This document shows, in pieces, positions 19,236-28,898 of a stretch of 64,000 bases of DNA; the first letter of the stretch is position 1; each line of letters opens with the position of its first letter. A program made the position numbers and the translations under genes. Origin of the DNA: Vicinamibacterales bacterium (GTDB taxonomy: Bacteria; Acidobacteriota; Vicinamibacteria; Vicinamibacterales; SCN-69-37); assembly GCA_046594875.1 (NCBI GenBank), contig JBKJQX010000224.1, positions 54,172 through 118,171 of the forward strand. The letters are read 5' to 3'. Under the pieces are notes generated by a model, which was given only the letters and a program-made list of their open reading frames with translations, did not search any database and was not told the DNA's origin.

Positions 19236-20480
19236 ATGTCTTTCCCCTGGTTCATCGCCCTCAGGTATCTGACCGCCCGACGCAAGCAGGCGTTCATCTC
19301 GCTGATCTCGCTGGTGTCGATCCTGGGCGTGGGCGTGGGTGTGATGGCGCTGATCATTGCGACGGCGCTGATGACGGGCGTGCAGGGCGAACTGCGGGAT
19401 CGCATCGTCGGCGCGACCGCGCACATCAACGTCTACAAGACGGCGGATGGCGGACTGCTGGATGTGGAGGCCGAGGCGCAGAAAATGCAGATGGAGGGCG
19501 TGGTCGGCGTGGCTCCGGTCGTCGTGGGACAGGGCCTGGTTGTGTTCAACGGCCAGCAGGCGCCTCTGCAACTCAAAGGGATCGACCCCGCTCGCGAGGT
19601 GCAGGTCACCGATCTCGGGACATCGATGACCGCAGGCAGCCTGACGGCGCTGGTGGCCGCACCCGAGACCGGCCCGGAGGACGATCCCATTTATGACCCG
19701 ATCCTGCTGGGCCAGGATCTGGCCGACCGCTTGCGCGTGACGGTAGGTGACACCGTGCAAATCATGACGCCGGAAGGCGTGATGACGCCTCTGGCCATGA
19801 TGCCGCGGCTGCGCCGCTTCCATGTGGTCGGCATCTTCAAGCTGGGGTTTTACCAGTTTGACGCGAACTACGGACTGATTCCATTGTCTGTGGCACTCGA
19901 CTTCCTGAGCCAACCCGGACCCGACGCCATGCAACTCAAGGTGGCCGACCTGGATGAAGCTCCCGCGATCGCCGCGCGGTTGCGAGACGCCCTGGGCGGG
20001 GCGTATCTCACCGAAGACTGGACCGAACTCAATGCGTCGCTGTACTCAGCGCTCCGCCTCGAGAAGGTGGCCATCGCCCTCACCATCGGGCTCATTGTCA
20101 TGGTGGCCGCGCTCAACATCGTGGCCTCGCTGGTGTTGCTCGTAATGGAGAAGAGCCGCGACATCGGCATCCTGCGCACGATGGGCGCTCCGGCCTCGGC
20201 CATCAGGCGCATCTTCCTGCTGCAGGGACTGACGATTGGCGCCATCGGCACCGGCGCCGGCACGGCGATGGGCCTGCTCGTGTGCTGGGTGGCCGAGCAC
20301 TACCGTTTGTTTGAATTGCCGGGCGACGTGTACCAGATCACGCGCCTGCGGTTTCAGGTGGTGCCATTGGATGTACTCACCATCATGGCCTCGGCGATGG
20401 TCATCTGCCTGGTCGCCACGTTGTACCCATCCCGCAAAGCCGCGTCGCTCGATCCGGCCGAAGCCCTGAGGTATCAATGA
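19236..20480 (+). CDS. LolC/LolE-family lipoprotein-releasing ABC transporter permease
   Basis: 414 aa. FIALRYL....K.FISLIS N-terminus, a large periplasmic loop and a FtsX-like C-terminal TM bundle. Confidence 0.88.
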   Translation: MSFPWFIALRYLTARRKQAFISLISLVSILGVGVGVMALIIATALMTGVQGELRDRIVGATAHINVYKTADGGLLDVEAEAQKMQMEGVVGVAPVVVGQGLVVFNGQQAPLQLKGIDPAREVQVTDLGTSMTAGSLTALVAAPETGPEDDPIYDPILLGQDLADRLRVTVGDTVQIMTPEGVMTPLAMMPRLRRFHVVGIFKLGFYQFDANYGLIPLSVALDFLSQPGPDAMQLKVADLDEAPAIAARLRDALGGAYLTEDWTELNASLYSALRLEKVAIALTIGLIVMVAALNIVASLVLLVMEKSRDIGILRTMGAPASAIRRIFLLQGLTIGAIGTGAGTAMGLLVCWVAEHYRLFELPGDVYQITRLRFQVVPLDVLTIMASAMVICLVATLYPSRKAASLDPAEALRYQ

Positions 20481-21157
20481 CCATGGGCGTCATCGAGGCA
20501 CGCGGTGTCGTCAAGTCGTATCAGACCGCCACGCGGCGTCTTGAAGTGCTGCGCGGCGTCGATCTCGATGTACTTCCGGGGGAGATGGTGGCCATTGTCG
20601 GCGCGTCAGGCGTCGGAAAAAGTTCACTGCTGCACGTGCTGGGCGGTCTGGACGTGTTCGACGCCGGCACGATCCGCCTCGGCGATGCCCAGATCCACGA
20701 GATGACCGACGCGGCCCGCGTCGCGTTTCGCAATCGGCACGTCGGCTTTGTGTTCCAGTTCCACCACCTGTTGCCGGAGTTTACGGCGCTTGAGAACGTG
20801 GAGATGCCCCTGCGCATCGCGGGCGCGCCGGCTGCCGAACGCCGCGCGCGGGCGGAAGGGCTGCTTGAGCGAGTCGGCCTGGCCGACCGGGCGTCGCACC
20901 GGCCGTCGGCGTTGTCAGGCGGCGAACAGCAGCGCGTGGCGATCGCCAGGGCCCTGGTGTCGCGCCCTACGGTGCTTCTGGCCGACGAGCCGACTGGAAA
21001 CCTCGATGAGGCCACGGCAGCCGACCTGCACCGGCTGATTCGCGACATGCACGCCGAACACGGCCTGACCTCACTCATCGCCACTCACAATCCGCTGCTC
21101 GCGGCGGCCTGCGATCGCATCCTCCGGCTCGAGGCCGGGCGGCTGAGCCCTGCCTGA
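20477..21157 (+). CDS. lolD: ABC transporter ATP-binding protein (LolD-like)
   Basis: Walker A GASGVGKSS, signature LSGGEQQRVAIARAL and Walker B VLLADEPTGNLD. Overlaps the permease gene. Confidence 0.88.
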   Translation: MTMGVIEARGVVKSYQTATRRLEVLRGVDLDVLPGEMVAIVGASGVGKSSLLHVLGGLDVFDAGTIRLGDAQIHEMTDAARVAFRNRHVGFVFQFHHLLPEFTALENVEMPLRIAGAPAAERRARAEGLLERVGLADRASHRPSALSGGEQQRVAIARALVSRPTVLLADEPTGNLDEATAADLHRLIRDMHAEHGLTSLIATHNPLLAAACDRILRLEAGRLSPA

Positions 21158-21164
21158 TCCACCG

Positions 21165-21170
21165 TATAAT
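21165..21170 (+). promoter_or_regulatory. TATAAT hexamer 7 nt upstream of the clpC GTG (possible leaderless transcript)
   Basis: A perfect -10 hexamer lies in the 20-nt gap between the lolD stop and the clpC start. The gap contains no Shine-Dalgarno, and I see no good -35. Confidence 0.3.
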
Positions 21171-21177
21171 TAAGCCT

Positions 21178-23583
21178 GTGTTTGAGCGCTACACTGAACG
21201 TGCGCGGCGGGTGCTGTTTTTCGCCCGCTACGAAGCCACGCAACTGGGCAGTCACTCGATCGAGACCGAGCACCTGTTGCTCGGCCTGATTCGAGAAGGC
21301 AAAGGGCTGACCAGCCGGATCTTTGCGCGCTCACATCTGTCCCTGGAGAGCATTCGCAAGGAAATCGAAACCCGCACCACGTTCCGCGAGAAGGTCTCGA
21401 CGTCGGTGGACATTCCGTTCAGTACGGAGACGAGGCGCGTCCTGCAGTATTCAGCCGACGAAGCCGACCGGTTGCTGCACACGTACGTCGGCACCGAGCA
21501 CATCCTGCTGGGGTTGCTGCGCGAAGAGCGCTCCGTGGCGTCGTCGATCCTGCATGAAAAGGGCATGCGGCTGGTGAGTGTGCGCGACGACATCGTGCAG
21601 TTGCTCAACGAAAAAACCACGCCGGTGCGACCGAAAGAAACGCCGCTGCTCGCCGAATTCAGTCGCGACCTGACGGACGCCGCCGCGCGCCGTCAACTCG
21701 ATCCGCTGGTGGGACGCGGGCTTGAACTGGAGCGCGTTCAGCAGGTGTTGTGCCGCCGCACCAAAAACAACGTCGTCTTGATCGGCGAGCCCGGCGTGGG
21801 CAAAACCGCCATCGTCGAAGGCCTGGCGCAGAAGATTGTGGACGGCGAGGCGCCGCATTTTCTTGCCGACAAGCGCGTACTGGCCCTGGACCTGTCGTTG
21901 ATTGTGGCGGGCACGAAGTACCGGGGGCAGTTCGAAGAGCGCCTCAAGGCGATCATGAAGGAACTGATCGACAACCCGAACATCATCGTGTTCATCGACG
22001 AGTTGCACACGCTGGTGGGGGCGGGCTCTGCGGAAGGATCTCTGGACGCGGCCAACATCCTCAAGCCGGCGCTGTCGCGCGGCCAGATTCGCTGCGTGGG
22101 CGCCACGACGCCGGCCGAGTACCGCAAGTACATCGAAAAAGACCGGTCGCTTGAACGGCGGTTCCAGGCGGTGAAGGTGGACCCGCCCACCGAAGAAGAA
22201 TCGTTGCAGGTAATGCTCGGCGTGAAGGACCGTTACGAGGCGTTCCACCACGTGGAATACACCCCCGAGGCGCTCGAAGCGGCCGTCTATCAGTCCAGCC
22301 GCTACATTACCGATCGATTCCTGCCCGACAAGGCCATCGACCTGATCGATGAGGCGGGCGCCCGGGTCAAGTTGCGCGAAGCCCGGCTGCGCCAGGAAGC
22401 CGGCGCGTACACCCGGCAGGTCGTGGTGCCAGTGCCACTAGCCGACGCCGAGGAAGACCTGGGGATCGACGACAACGCCGTGGCCATGGTGCGCGAGTCG
22501 TTGAGCGTGCATCCGCGCGGCCGCCGCGTGGTGGTGGGCCGCCAGGAGATTGACGAAGTTGTGTCCAAGTGGACCGGCGTGCCGCTGACGTCGATCAACG
22601 AAGACGAAGGCGACAAGCTCCTGCGGATGGAAGAGGAACTCCATGGGCGGGTCATCAGCCAGGAGCGCGCGATTTCAGCGCTGTCTCGCGCCATCCGGCG
22701 ATCACGCGCCGGTTTGAAGAACCCCAACCGGCCGGTGGGGAGCTTTGTGTTTCTTGGTCCCACCGGCGTAGGCAAGACGGAACTGGCGCGCGCACTGGCC
22801 GGCTTCCTGTTCGGGTCGGATCAGGCGCTCATCCGCTTCGACATGTCCGAGTACATGGAAAAACACGCTGTGTCGAAGCTCATCGGGTCGCCGCCCGGGT
22901 ACGTGGGCCACGAAGAGGGCGGCCAACTCACAGAGAAGGTGAAGCGGCACCCGTACTCGGTGGTGCTGCTCGACGAGATCGAGAAGGCACATCCGGACCT
23001 CTTCAACATCCTGCTGCAGGTCTTTGAGGACGGGCACCTGACCGATGGGTTGGGCAACCGCATCAACTTCAAGAACACCATCATCATCATGACGTCGAAC
23101 ATCGGGGCCCGCTTCATCCAGAAGAAGGCGTCGATGGGCTTCCAGGCGCAGGACAGCCGCGAAGTGCAGCGGACGGTGACCGAGATGGTGCTGGGTGAGG
23201 TCAAAAAGACCTTCAATCCCGAGTTCATCAACCGCGTCGATGAAATCATCGTGTTCGAGCCCTTGTCAGACGATGACCTGAGGCAGATTACGGTGTTGTT
23301 GGTGGGGGGCCTCAATAAACACCTGGCGCAGCGGCAGTTGTCGATTTCGCTGGCGCCCGAGGCTGTGGACTGGATTATCGACGTCACGTGCCGCGACCGC
23401 ACGTACGGTGCCCGTCCGTTGCGGCGGGCGATTCAGCGATACATTGAGGATCCCTTGTCCGAGGAACTGATTCGGGGTCAGTTGCGGACCGGGCACGTTG
23501 AGGTCTACCTTGACCAGGGGACGCTGTCGTGGCGGTCCGCGGGTGGATCTGAGACCGGCCGCCCGCTGGCGGCGACCGTCTGA
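21178..23583 (+). CDS. clpC: ATP-dependent Clp protease ATP-binding subunit ClpC/ClpA class (two AAA+ modules, double Clp_N repeat)
   Basis: N-terminus [16 protein letters not shown]...EHLLLGL (repeated). Walker A motifs are GEPGVGKT and GPTGVGKT. Confidence 0.95.
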   Translation: MFERYTERARRVLFFARYEATQLGSHSIETEHLLLGLIREGKGLTSRIFARSHLSLESIRKEIETRTTFREKVSTSVDIPFSTETRRVLQYSADEADRLLHTYVGTEHILLGLLREERSVASSILHEKGMRLVSVRDDIVQLLNEKTTPVRPKETPLLAEFSRDLTDAAARRQLDPLVGRGLELERVQQVLCRRTKNNVVLIGEPGVGKTAIVEGLAQKIVDGEAPHFLADKRVLALDLSLIVAGTKYRGQFEERLKAIMKELIDNPNIIVFIDELHTLVGAGSAEGSLDAANILKPALSRGQIRCVGATTPAEYRKYIEKDRSLERRFQAVKVDPPTEEESLQVMLGVKDRYEAFHHVEYTPEALEAAVYQSSRYITDRFLPDKAIDLIDEAGARVKLREARLRQEAGAYTRQVVVPVPLADAEEDLGIDDNAVAMVRESLSVHPRGRRVVVGRQEIDEVVSKWTGVPLTSINEDEGDKLLRMEEELHGRVISQERAISALSRAIRRSRAGLKNPNRPVGSFVFLGPTGVGKTELARALAGFLFGSDQALIRFDMSEYMEKHAVSKLIGSPPGYVGHEEGGQLTEKVKRHPYSVVLLDEIEKAHPDLFNILLQVFEDGHLTDGLGNRINFKNTIIIMTSNIGARFIQKKASMGFQAQDSREVQRTVTEMVLGEVKKTFNPEFINRVDEIIVFEPLSDDDLRQITVLLVGGLNKHLAQRQLSISLAPEAVDWIIDVTCRDRTYGARPLRRAIQRYIEDPLSEELIRGQLRTGHVEVYLDQGTLSWRSAGGSETGRPLAATV

Positions 23584-23636
23584 ATGGAAAAAGCAATACT
23601 CCCGCCCCCGTTTGGGCGGCTTTTGGGCCAGGTGCT

Positions 23637-26333
23637 GTGTTGACCCTGATCAAGCGTGTGTTTGTGATGTTCGTCCTGATGGTGCTGACCGGCTTTGTGC
23701 CGGCATTGGTGCATGGCGCGGCGGCCCAGACGCCGCCGGTGGCCCCGCAGGCCCAGCCGCCCGCCCAGCCGCAGGCGCCGCCGCTACCCCCAACCGATAT
23801 CGGTCCTGTGCTCCAGAGCATCGAACTCCGGCTCGTTCCCGAAAATGTGTTCACCACGGTGCCGTCCGAGACGTACCTCTACTACGTGCGCACGGAAGCG
23901 TCCCGGCCGGTGACGCGCGGCACCTGGGTGCCGTATAACGCGGCGACCGAGGCGTCGCTGCTTGCCGACTTCGATCGCCTGTTCGCCACGCCTTTTGTTG
24001 ACGACATGAGGATCGAGGTCGTGGACAGCGTCTATCCGAACGGTGTCATCGGCAAGCAGGTGGTGTTCCTGATCGAAGAGCGGCGCCGCATCAAGATTGT
24101 GGACTACCCGGGTTCGAAGGAAGTGGCGATTGCGGATATCGAAAGCAAGCTGAAGGAACTGAGCCTCGACCTGCGCCTGGATTCTCCAGTGGATGATGCC
24201 GTGGTGCGGCGGGTGGCGGGCGTGGTCAAGACGCTATATGCCGAAAAGGGCTATCAGTTTGCCACCGTGACGCCGACCACGAAGCCCGTGGCGGGCGGGC
24301 CGAGGCTGGTGCACCTGTCGTTCACCATCGAGCAGGGCCCGAAGGTCAGGATTCGCGAGGTGGTGTTCGACGGCAACAACGAGGTGAGCGACGGCGCCCT
24401 GCGCAAGCGGATGAAGGTCAACAAGGCGCGCGGACTACTGGGCTTCATTAGCGGCGGCGGAACCTATCAGGACGCCAAGTTTGCCGAGGATGCGGAAGCG
24501 CTCGAGGCCTATTTCCGTGAACAGGGGTACGTGTTCGCCAAGGTGGGGCAGCCGCAGATCGAGCCGATTGAAGACTCGGCTGATGGCAAGAGCCGGTGGG
24601 TGCGACTCCGGATACCCGTGGATGAACGTGCGCGGTACCGCGTCAAGTCGGTGTCGGTGGCGGGCAACGAGAACGTGCCGACGGCCGCCATTCTCTCGGT
24701 GTTCGACAAGCTGAAGGTGGGCGACTACTACTCGGAGAAACCCATCCGCAAAGGTTACGAGAAGCTCCAGGAGTTCTACGGAAGTGCGGGATTCTGGGAA
24801 TTCACCATGAATCCTGATGTGACGCCGAACGACCGGAATATGGACACCGGAGAACCCATCGCCGGGTTCCAGGGCACGCCCGAAGTGGACTTGGTCATCA
24901 AGATTCAGGAAGGCGTGCGTTACTTCCTCAACCGGTTGACGTTCCTGGGCAACACGACCACGCGCGACTCGGTGATTCGCCGCGAGATGCGGCTGGTGGA
25001 AGGCGGCGTGTTCAACATGGAGTCGCTGAAGTTCAGCGTACGGCGGCTGAACCAGTTGGGATACTTCAAGCCGCTCGAGAGCGAGGACTCGGTCAAGATC
25101 GAAAAGACCCCGAACGCCGATGGCAAGGTGGACGTGCGGCTCAAGTTCGAAGAGCAGAACCGCAACCAGTTGAGCTTTGGCGCCGGCATCTCGCAGTTCG
25201 AGGGCTTTTTCGGGCAACTGGGCTTCCAGACATCCAACCTGATGGGCCGCGGTGAGACGCTGTCGATTTCAGCGCAAAAGGGTTCGCAGGCGCGCAACTA
25301 CCAGATCGCGTTCACCGAGCCGTTCCTGTTCGACCGCCCGATTACAGCCGGCATCGACTTGTATTCGCGCCAGGTGAACTACCTCTTCCAGTTCACGCAA
25401 GGATCGACTGGCGCAAACATCCTCTTTGGGTTCCCGGTGAAGAGCTGGTCGCGGTTCTTCATCGGCTACAGCCTGGAGAACGTGTCAGTGTCGAACATCT
25501 CCGACATCTACAAGGACCCGGCCGTGCTGGCGGGGAATCCGCTGCTGAGTGACTCGCTGCTCATCAACTCGAACGGCAAGCGGGTGATCAGCAAGATTTC
25601 ACCCAGCATCATGTACAACACGATCAACGAGCCCATCTTCCCGAGCAGCGGCACCAAATACACGGCGGCGTTCGACATCGCGGGCCTGGGCGGCGACACC
25701 TCGTTCCTGCGCGGACGCCTTGAAGGCACCTGGTACCTGCCGGTCACGCCCCGGACGTCGTTCGGGTTCCGTCTGCAGGGTGAATACGTCAGGCCCTATG
25801 GCGACACCAAGACGCTGCCGATCTTCGAGAAGCTCGTGCTCGGTGGCGAGTACAGCATTCGCGGGTTCGACCTGCGCAGCGTCGGCACACGTGACGCGCG
25901 CTCGGGCCTGGTGCTGGGCGGCAACAAGACGCTGCTCTTCAACGGCGAATATATGATCCGCGTTGGTGGGCCGGTGCGCCTCGTGTTTTTTTATGACGCC
26001 GGGCAGGTGCGCGACATCGGCGAGCGGTTCGTCTGGAAGGAAACCGTGTTCGAGACCGTGCCGCCCACGCCGCCCCTGCTGGCCGACCCAGGACAGACTG
26101 TGGAACTGACGCCAGCAGGGCAGGTGCCGGCCACGCCGTCGCTAAGCGAGATTGGCAGGAGCTACGCGTTCAAGACGTCAATGGGCAGCGAGATCCGCTT
26201 CTTCATGCCGGTGCTGAACGTGCCGTTCCGGCTGATCTTTGCGTACAACCCGCAGCGTGGCCGGGTGTTCAACAACAACCTGCGGCCGCAGCCGAAGTTC
26301 ACCTTCCGGTTTGCCGTGGGAACGACGTTCTAA
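23637..26333 (+). CDS. bamA: Outer membrane protein assembly factor BamA
   Basis: 898 aa: signal peptide, Pro-rich linker, POTRA repeats and a C-terminal beta-barrel ending FAVGTTF. Confidence 0.93.
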   Translation: MLTLIKRVFVMFVLMVLTGFVPALVHGAAAQTPPVAPQAQPPAQPQAPPLPPTDIGPVLQSIELRLVPENVFTTVPSETYLYYVRTEASRPVTRGTWVPYNAATEASLLADFDRLFATPFVDDMRIEVVDSVYPNGVIGKQVVFLIEERRRIKIVDYPGSKEVAIADIESKLKELSLDLRLDSPVDDAVVRRVAGVVKTLYAEKGYQFATVTPTTKPVAGGPRLVHLSFTIEQGPKVRIREVVFDGNNEVSDGALRKRMKVNKARGLLGFISGGGTYQDAKFAEDAEALEAYFREQGYVFAKVGQPQIEPIEDSADGKSRWVRLRIPVDERARYRVKSVSVAGNENVPTAAILSVFDKLKVGDYYSEKPIRKGYEKLQEFYGSAGFWEFTMNPDVTPNDRNMDTGEPIAGFQGTPEVDLVIKIQEGVRYFLNRLTFLGNTTTRDSVIRREMRLVEGGVFNMESLKFSVRRLNQLGYFKPLESEDSVKIEKTPNADGKVDVRLKFEEQNRNQLSFGAGISQFEGFFGQLGFQTSNLMGRGETLSISAQKGSQARNYQIAFTEPFLFDRPITAGIDLYSRQVNYLFQFTQGSTGANILFGFPVKSWSRFFIGYSLENVSVSNISDIYKDPAVLAGNPLLSDSLLINSNGKRVISKISPSIMYNTINEPIFPSSGTKYTAAFDIAGLGGDTSFLRGRLEGTWYLPVTPRTSFGFRLQGEYVRPYGDTKTLPIFEKLVLGGEYSIRGFDLRSVGTRDARSGLVLGGNKTLLFNGEYMIRVGGPVRLVFFYDAGQVRDIGERFVWKETVFETVPPTPPLLADPGQTVELTPAGQVPATPSLSEIGRSYAFKTSMGSEIRFFMPVLNVPFRLIFAYNPQRGRVFNNNLRPQPKFTFRFAVGTTF

Positions 26334-26342
26334 AACGACGAA

Positions 26343-26375
26343 AGGACCTGCTGAGGTGTAACCTCAGCAGGTCCT
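26343..26375. terminator. Bidirectional stem-loop between convergent bamA and the lipoprotein gene
   Basis: A perfect 14-bp stem, AGGACCTGCTGAGG / CCTCAGCAGGTCCT, with loop TGTAA. There is no strong U-tract. Confidence 0.6.
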
Positions 26376-26382
26376 GAATGTC

Positions 26383-26835
26383 TTAGAAATGTACGACCGA
26401 GACCGTGAATTTCACGGGGGTGGTGACGCCGCCGACGTCGTAGACGCGCAGGCACAACCGTCCCGGGCCGCCCACCGTGCCGGTCAGGGTGGCGAATTGG
26501 AAGGCGCTGTCGTTGGAGATCACCGTCTGGCACCCCAGGCCGTTCCAGGTACCCATCGCGAAGCCGATGGGCTCGATGACGGGAACGAGGGCGGCCATCG
26601 TGGCGGTGGCCGTGCCGGCCGCCAGGGCCTCAAACGGGAAGGTCACGGCGCCGTTACGGGAGAGCGTGCCCGTAAAGGTCTCGGTAAACGCCACCGGATT
26701 GGGCGTGGTGGGCGTCGGGGCGACCGGTCCGGGGTCGTCACAGGCCGTCGCGGTCGCTGTGAGCGTCAGAATAGCGAGGCTTCGGGCCAGGAAAGTTCGG
26801 GTCAGGAATGGGCGTCTGAGCACGGCACGGCGCAT
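26383..26835 (-). CDS. Small hypothetical lipoprotein
   Basis: Start MRRAVLRRPFLTRTF...LTLTATATAC (lipobox-like Cys), then a T/P-rich linker and a beta-rich domain ending VSVVHF. Confidence 0.6.
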   Translation of the reverse strand: MRRAVLRRPFLTRTFLARSLAILTLTATATACDDPGPVAPTPTTPNPVAFTETFTGTLSRNGAVTFPFEALAAGTATATMAALVPVIEPIGFAMGTWNGLGCQTVISNDSAFQFATLTGTVGGPGRLCLRVYDVGGVTTPVKFTVSVVHF

Positions 26836-26917
26836 GGCGTCTAGTGTACTCGGACTGGCCTCGGCGGCACGTTCTACGTTATCGTTTCTTTTGGAAAGGT
26901 GTAGGTATAGACCACTC

Positions 26918-27553
26918 ATGAGTAGACAGACGATCACTATGGCCCTCTTGGCCGTTCTTGTGGCGGGCAACGCCCTGGCCCAGACAGCCCCTCCCGTACA
27001 GAATCCCCCGGCGCAGAACCCGCCGGCCACGGCCAAACCACCGGCCACCGCGGTCCCAGCGCCAGCGCCGCCCGTGCAGCCGCCGTTCCCCGTGGAGTCC
27101 AAGATTGGCTTCGTCGACCTTCAGTCGGTCGTCGCCCAGTCGATTCTGGGCAAGTCCGGCTCCCTGCAGTACGAGGCGCTTGGCAAGAAGCTGGAAGGCG
27201 AACTGACCGGGCTTCAGACCAAATTGAAGGATGCCCAGACCCGGCAGCAGACGCAGTCCGCCCTCCTGAGCGAAGTGGCTGCGGCCACGCTGGCGAAGGA
27301 CATCGATCGGCTCACGCGCGAGCTGACCTTCAAACAGCAGGAAGCCCAGTCCGAACTGCAGACGCTGCAGCAGGACCTCCTGGGCGACTTCGAGAAGAAG
27401 GTCATGCCGATTCTCGAGAGCCTCGCCAAGGAGCGCAACCTCCACATCGTGTTCAATGTGGAAAACAGCGGCGCGGTCTACGTGTTCCCGGGACTCAACC
27501 TCTCGCCGGAACTCGTCAAGCGCGTCGACGCCCAGTACTCGGCGAAGAAATAA
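26918..27553 (+). CDS. skp: OmpH/Skp-family periplasmic chaperone
   Basis: Signal peptide, Pro-rich linker, and a coiled-coil K/Q/L-rich body in the bamA-skp position. Confidence 0.8.
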   Translation: MSRQTITMALLAVLVAGNALAQTAPPVQNPPAQNPPATAKPPATAVPAPAPPVQPPFPVESKIGFVDLQSVVAQSILGKSGSLQYEALGKKLEGELTGLQTKLKDAQTRQQTQSALLSEVAAATLAKDIDRLTRELTFKQQEAQSELQTLQQDLLGDFEKKVMPILESLAKERNLHIVFNVENSGAVYVFPGLNLSPELVKRVDAQYSAKK

Positions 27554-27568
27554 GGCCATCAGTCCTTT

Positions 27569-27637
27569 GGGTCGGGTCGTCGGGTGCCGCCCGATTACCC
27601 GACCCGATTCCCGATTCAAGAATCCCCGATTCCCGAT
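27569..27637. repeat. Hairpin (GGGTCGGGT...ACCCGACCC) followed by a heptamer array (CCCGATT) running into the fabZ-lpxA ATG
   Basis: Reads CCCGATT ACCCGA CCCGATT CCCGATT CAAGAAT CCCCGATT CCCGAT-G (27590-27638). The ATG at 27636 is formed by the last unit. Confidence 0.85.
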
Positions 27638-28886
27638 GTTTTCCCACGTCCTCGACCGCCTGTCCTATCGCTACCCTTCAGTGCTGGTTGACGGCGTGTT
27701 GTCGCATGAACCGGGCGTGCGGATGGTGGCCGTCAAGAACGTCACCGTCAACGAAGAATTTTTTCAGGGACACTTTCCCGGCACGCCCCTGATGCCCGGC
27801 GTGCTCTTGATCGAGTCGCTCGCTCAAGTCGCCACGCTGCTTCTGGCCGACACCCTGCCGGGCCGCGCCGACCGTATCGCGCTTCGCAGCGTAGACGATG
27901 TGAAATTCCGCAAGCAGGTGGTGCCGGGAGACCGGCTCGAACTCGACGTGAAGCTCGGGGCGCGGCGAGGGCCGTTGGTGCGTGCTGAAGCCATTGCGAC
28001 GAAGAACGGGCAGGTCGTGGCTGAGGCCAGGCTCCTGTTGGTTGTTGAAGCCGAAGTGCCGGTACGAGAAGCCGACATCCATCCCACGGCCGTCATTCAT
28101 CCAGGCGCCGTCATCGGCGAAGGCACGGTGGTCGGGCCGTACGCCATCATCGGCCCACGCGTGACCTTGGGCAACCACTGCCGGATCGGCGCATCGACCG
28201 TCATCGACGGGTGGACGGAGATTGGCGACGATACCGAGATCTTCCCTCTGGCCTCGATTGGCCTTGCCCCGCAGGACCTGAAGTTCAAGGGCGAGCCCAC
28301 GAGGCTCACGATTGGCACCAACAACGTCTTCCGTGAGTTTGTGACCATTCACCGGGGCACGGCTGGTGGCGGTGGCGTCACGACCATCGGCGACCACAAC
28401 CTCTTCATGGCCTACGCCCATGTCGCCCATGACTGCCACGTCGGCAACCACACCATTTTCGGTAACGGCGCCACGCTGGGCGGCCACGTGACTGTTGAGG
28501 ACTTCGTCACGATCAGCGCCTTCTCCGGCGTGCATCAGTTCTGCCGCATCGGCAAGTTTGCGTTCATCGGCGGCTATACGGTGGTGACCCGCAACGCGCT
28601 GCCGTACGCCAAGACCGTGGGCAACCGCGCCCGCATCTATGGCCTGAACTCGATTGGCCTGGAACGTCGGGGCTTCTCGCGCGAGCTGATTGGCAAGCTG
28701 CGCCGCGCGTATCGCCACCTCATCCAGCACAACACCAGCCGCGCCATCGAGTTGATCGAGGGCGACCCCACATTGGCCGCGCCCGAAGTGGCGTTCCTGG
28801 TGGAGTTCATCCGGCACGCCGGGTCGCGCGGGGTTATTCTCCGGCGGCCATCCCGCCGGGCCGGCGACGAGACCGGCGGAGAGTAA
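27636..28886 (+). CDS. Bifunctional FabZ-LpxA fusion (3-hydroxyacyl-ACP dehydratase + acyl-ACP:UDP-GlcNAc O-acyltransferase)
   Basis: The N-terminal ~145 aa is a FabZ hot-dog domain (YRYPSVLVDGV, FFQGHFPGTPLMPGVLLIESLAQ). It is followed without a stop by LpxA hexapeptide repeats (IHPTAVIHPGAVIGEGTVVGPYAIIG...) and an LpxA C-terminal helical domain. Confidence 0.88.
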   Translation: MFSHVLDRLSYRYPSVLVDGVLSHEPGVRMVAVKNVTVNEEFFQGHFPGTPLMPGVLLIESLAQVATLLLADTLPGRADRIALRSVDDVKFRKQVVPGDRLELDVKLGARRGPLVRAEAIATKNGQVVAEARLLLVVEAEVPVREADIHPTAVIHPGAVIGEGTVVGPYAIIGPRVTLGNHCRIGASTVIDGWTEIGDDTEIFPLASIGLAPQDLKFKGEPTRLTIGTNNVFREFVTIHRGTAGGGGVTTIGDHNLFMAYAHVAHDCHVGNHTIFGNGATLGGHVTVEDFVTISAFSGVHQFCRIGKFAFIGGYTVVTRNALPYAKTVGNRARIYGLNSIGLERRGFSRELIGKLRRAYRHLIQHNTSRAIELIEGDPTLAAPEVAFLVEFIRHAGSRGVILRRPSRRAGDETGGE

Positions 28887-28898
28887 GATCTCCTGTAC

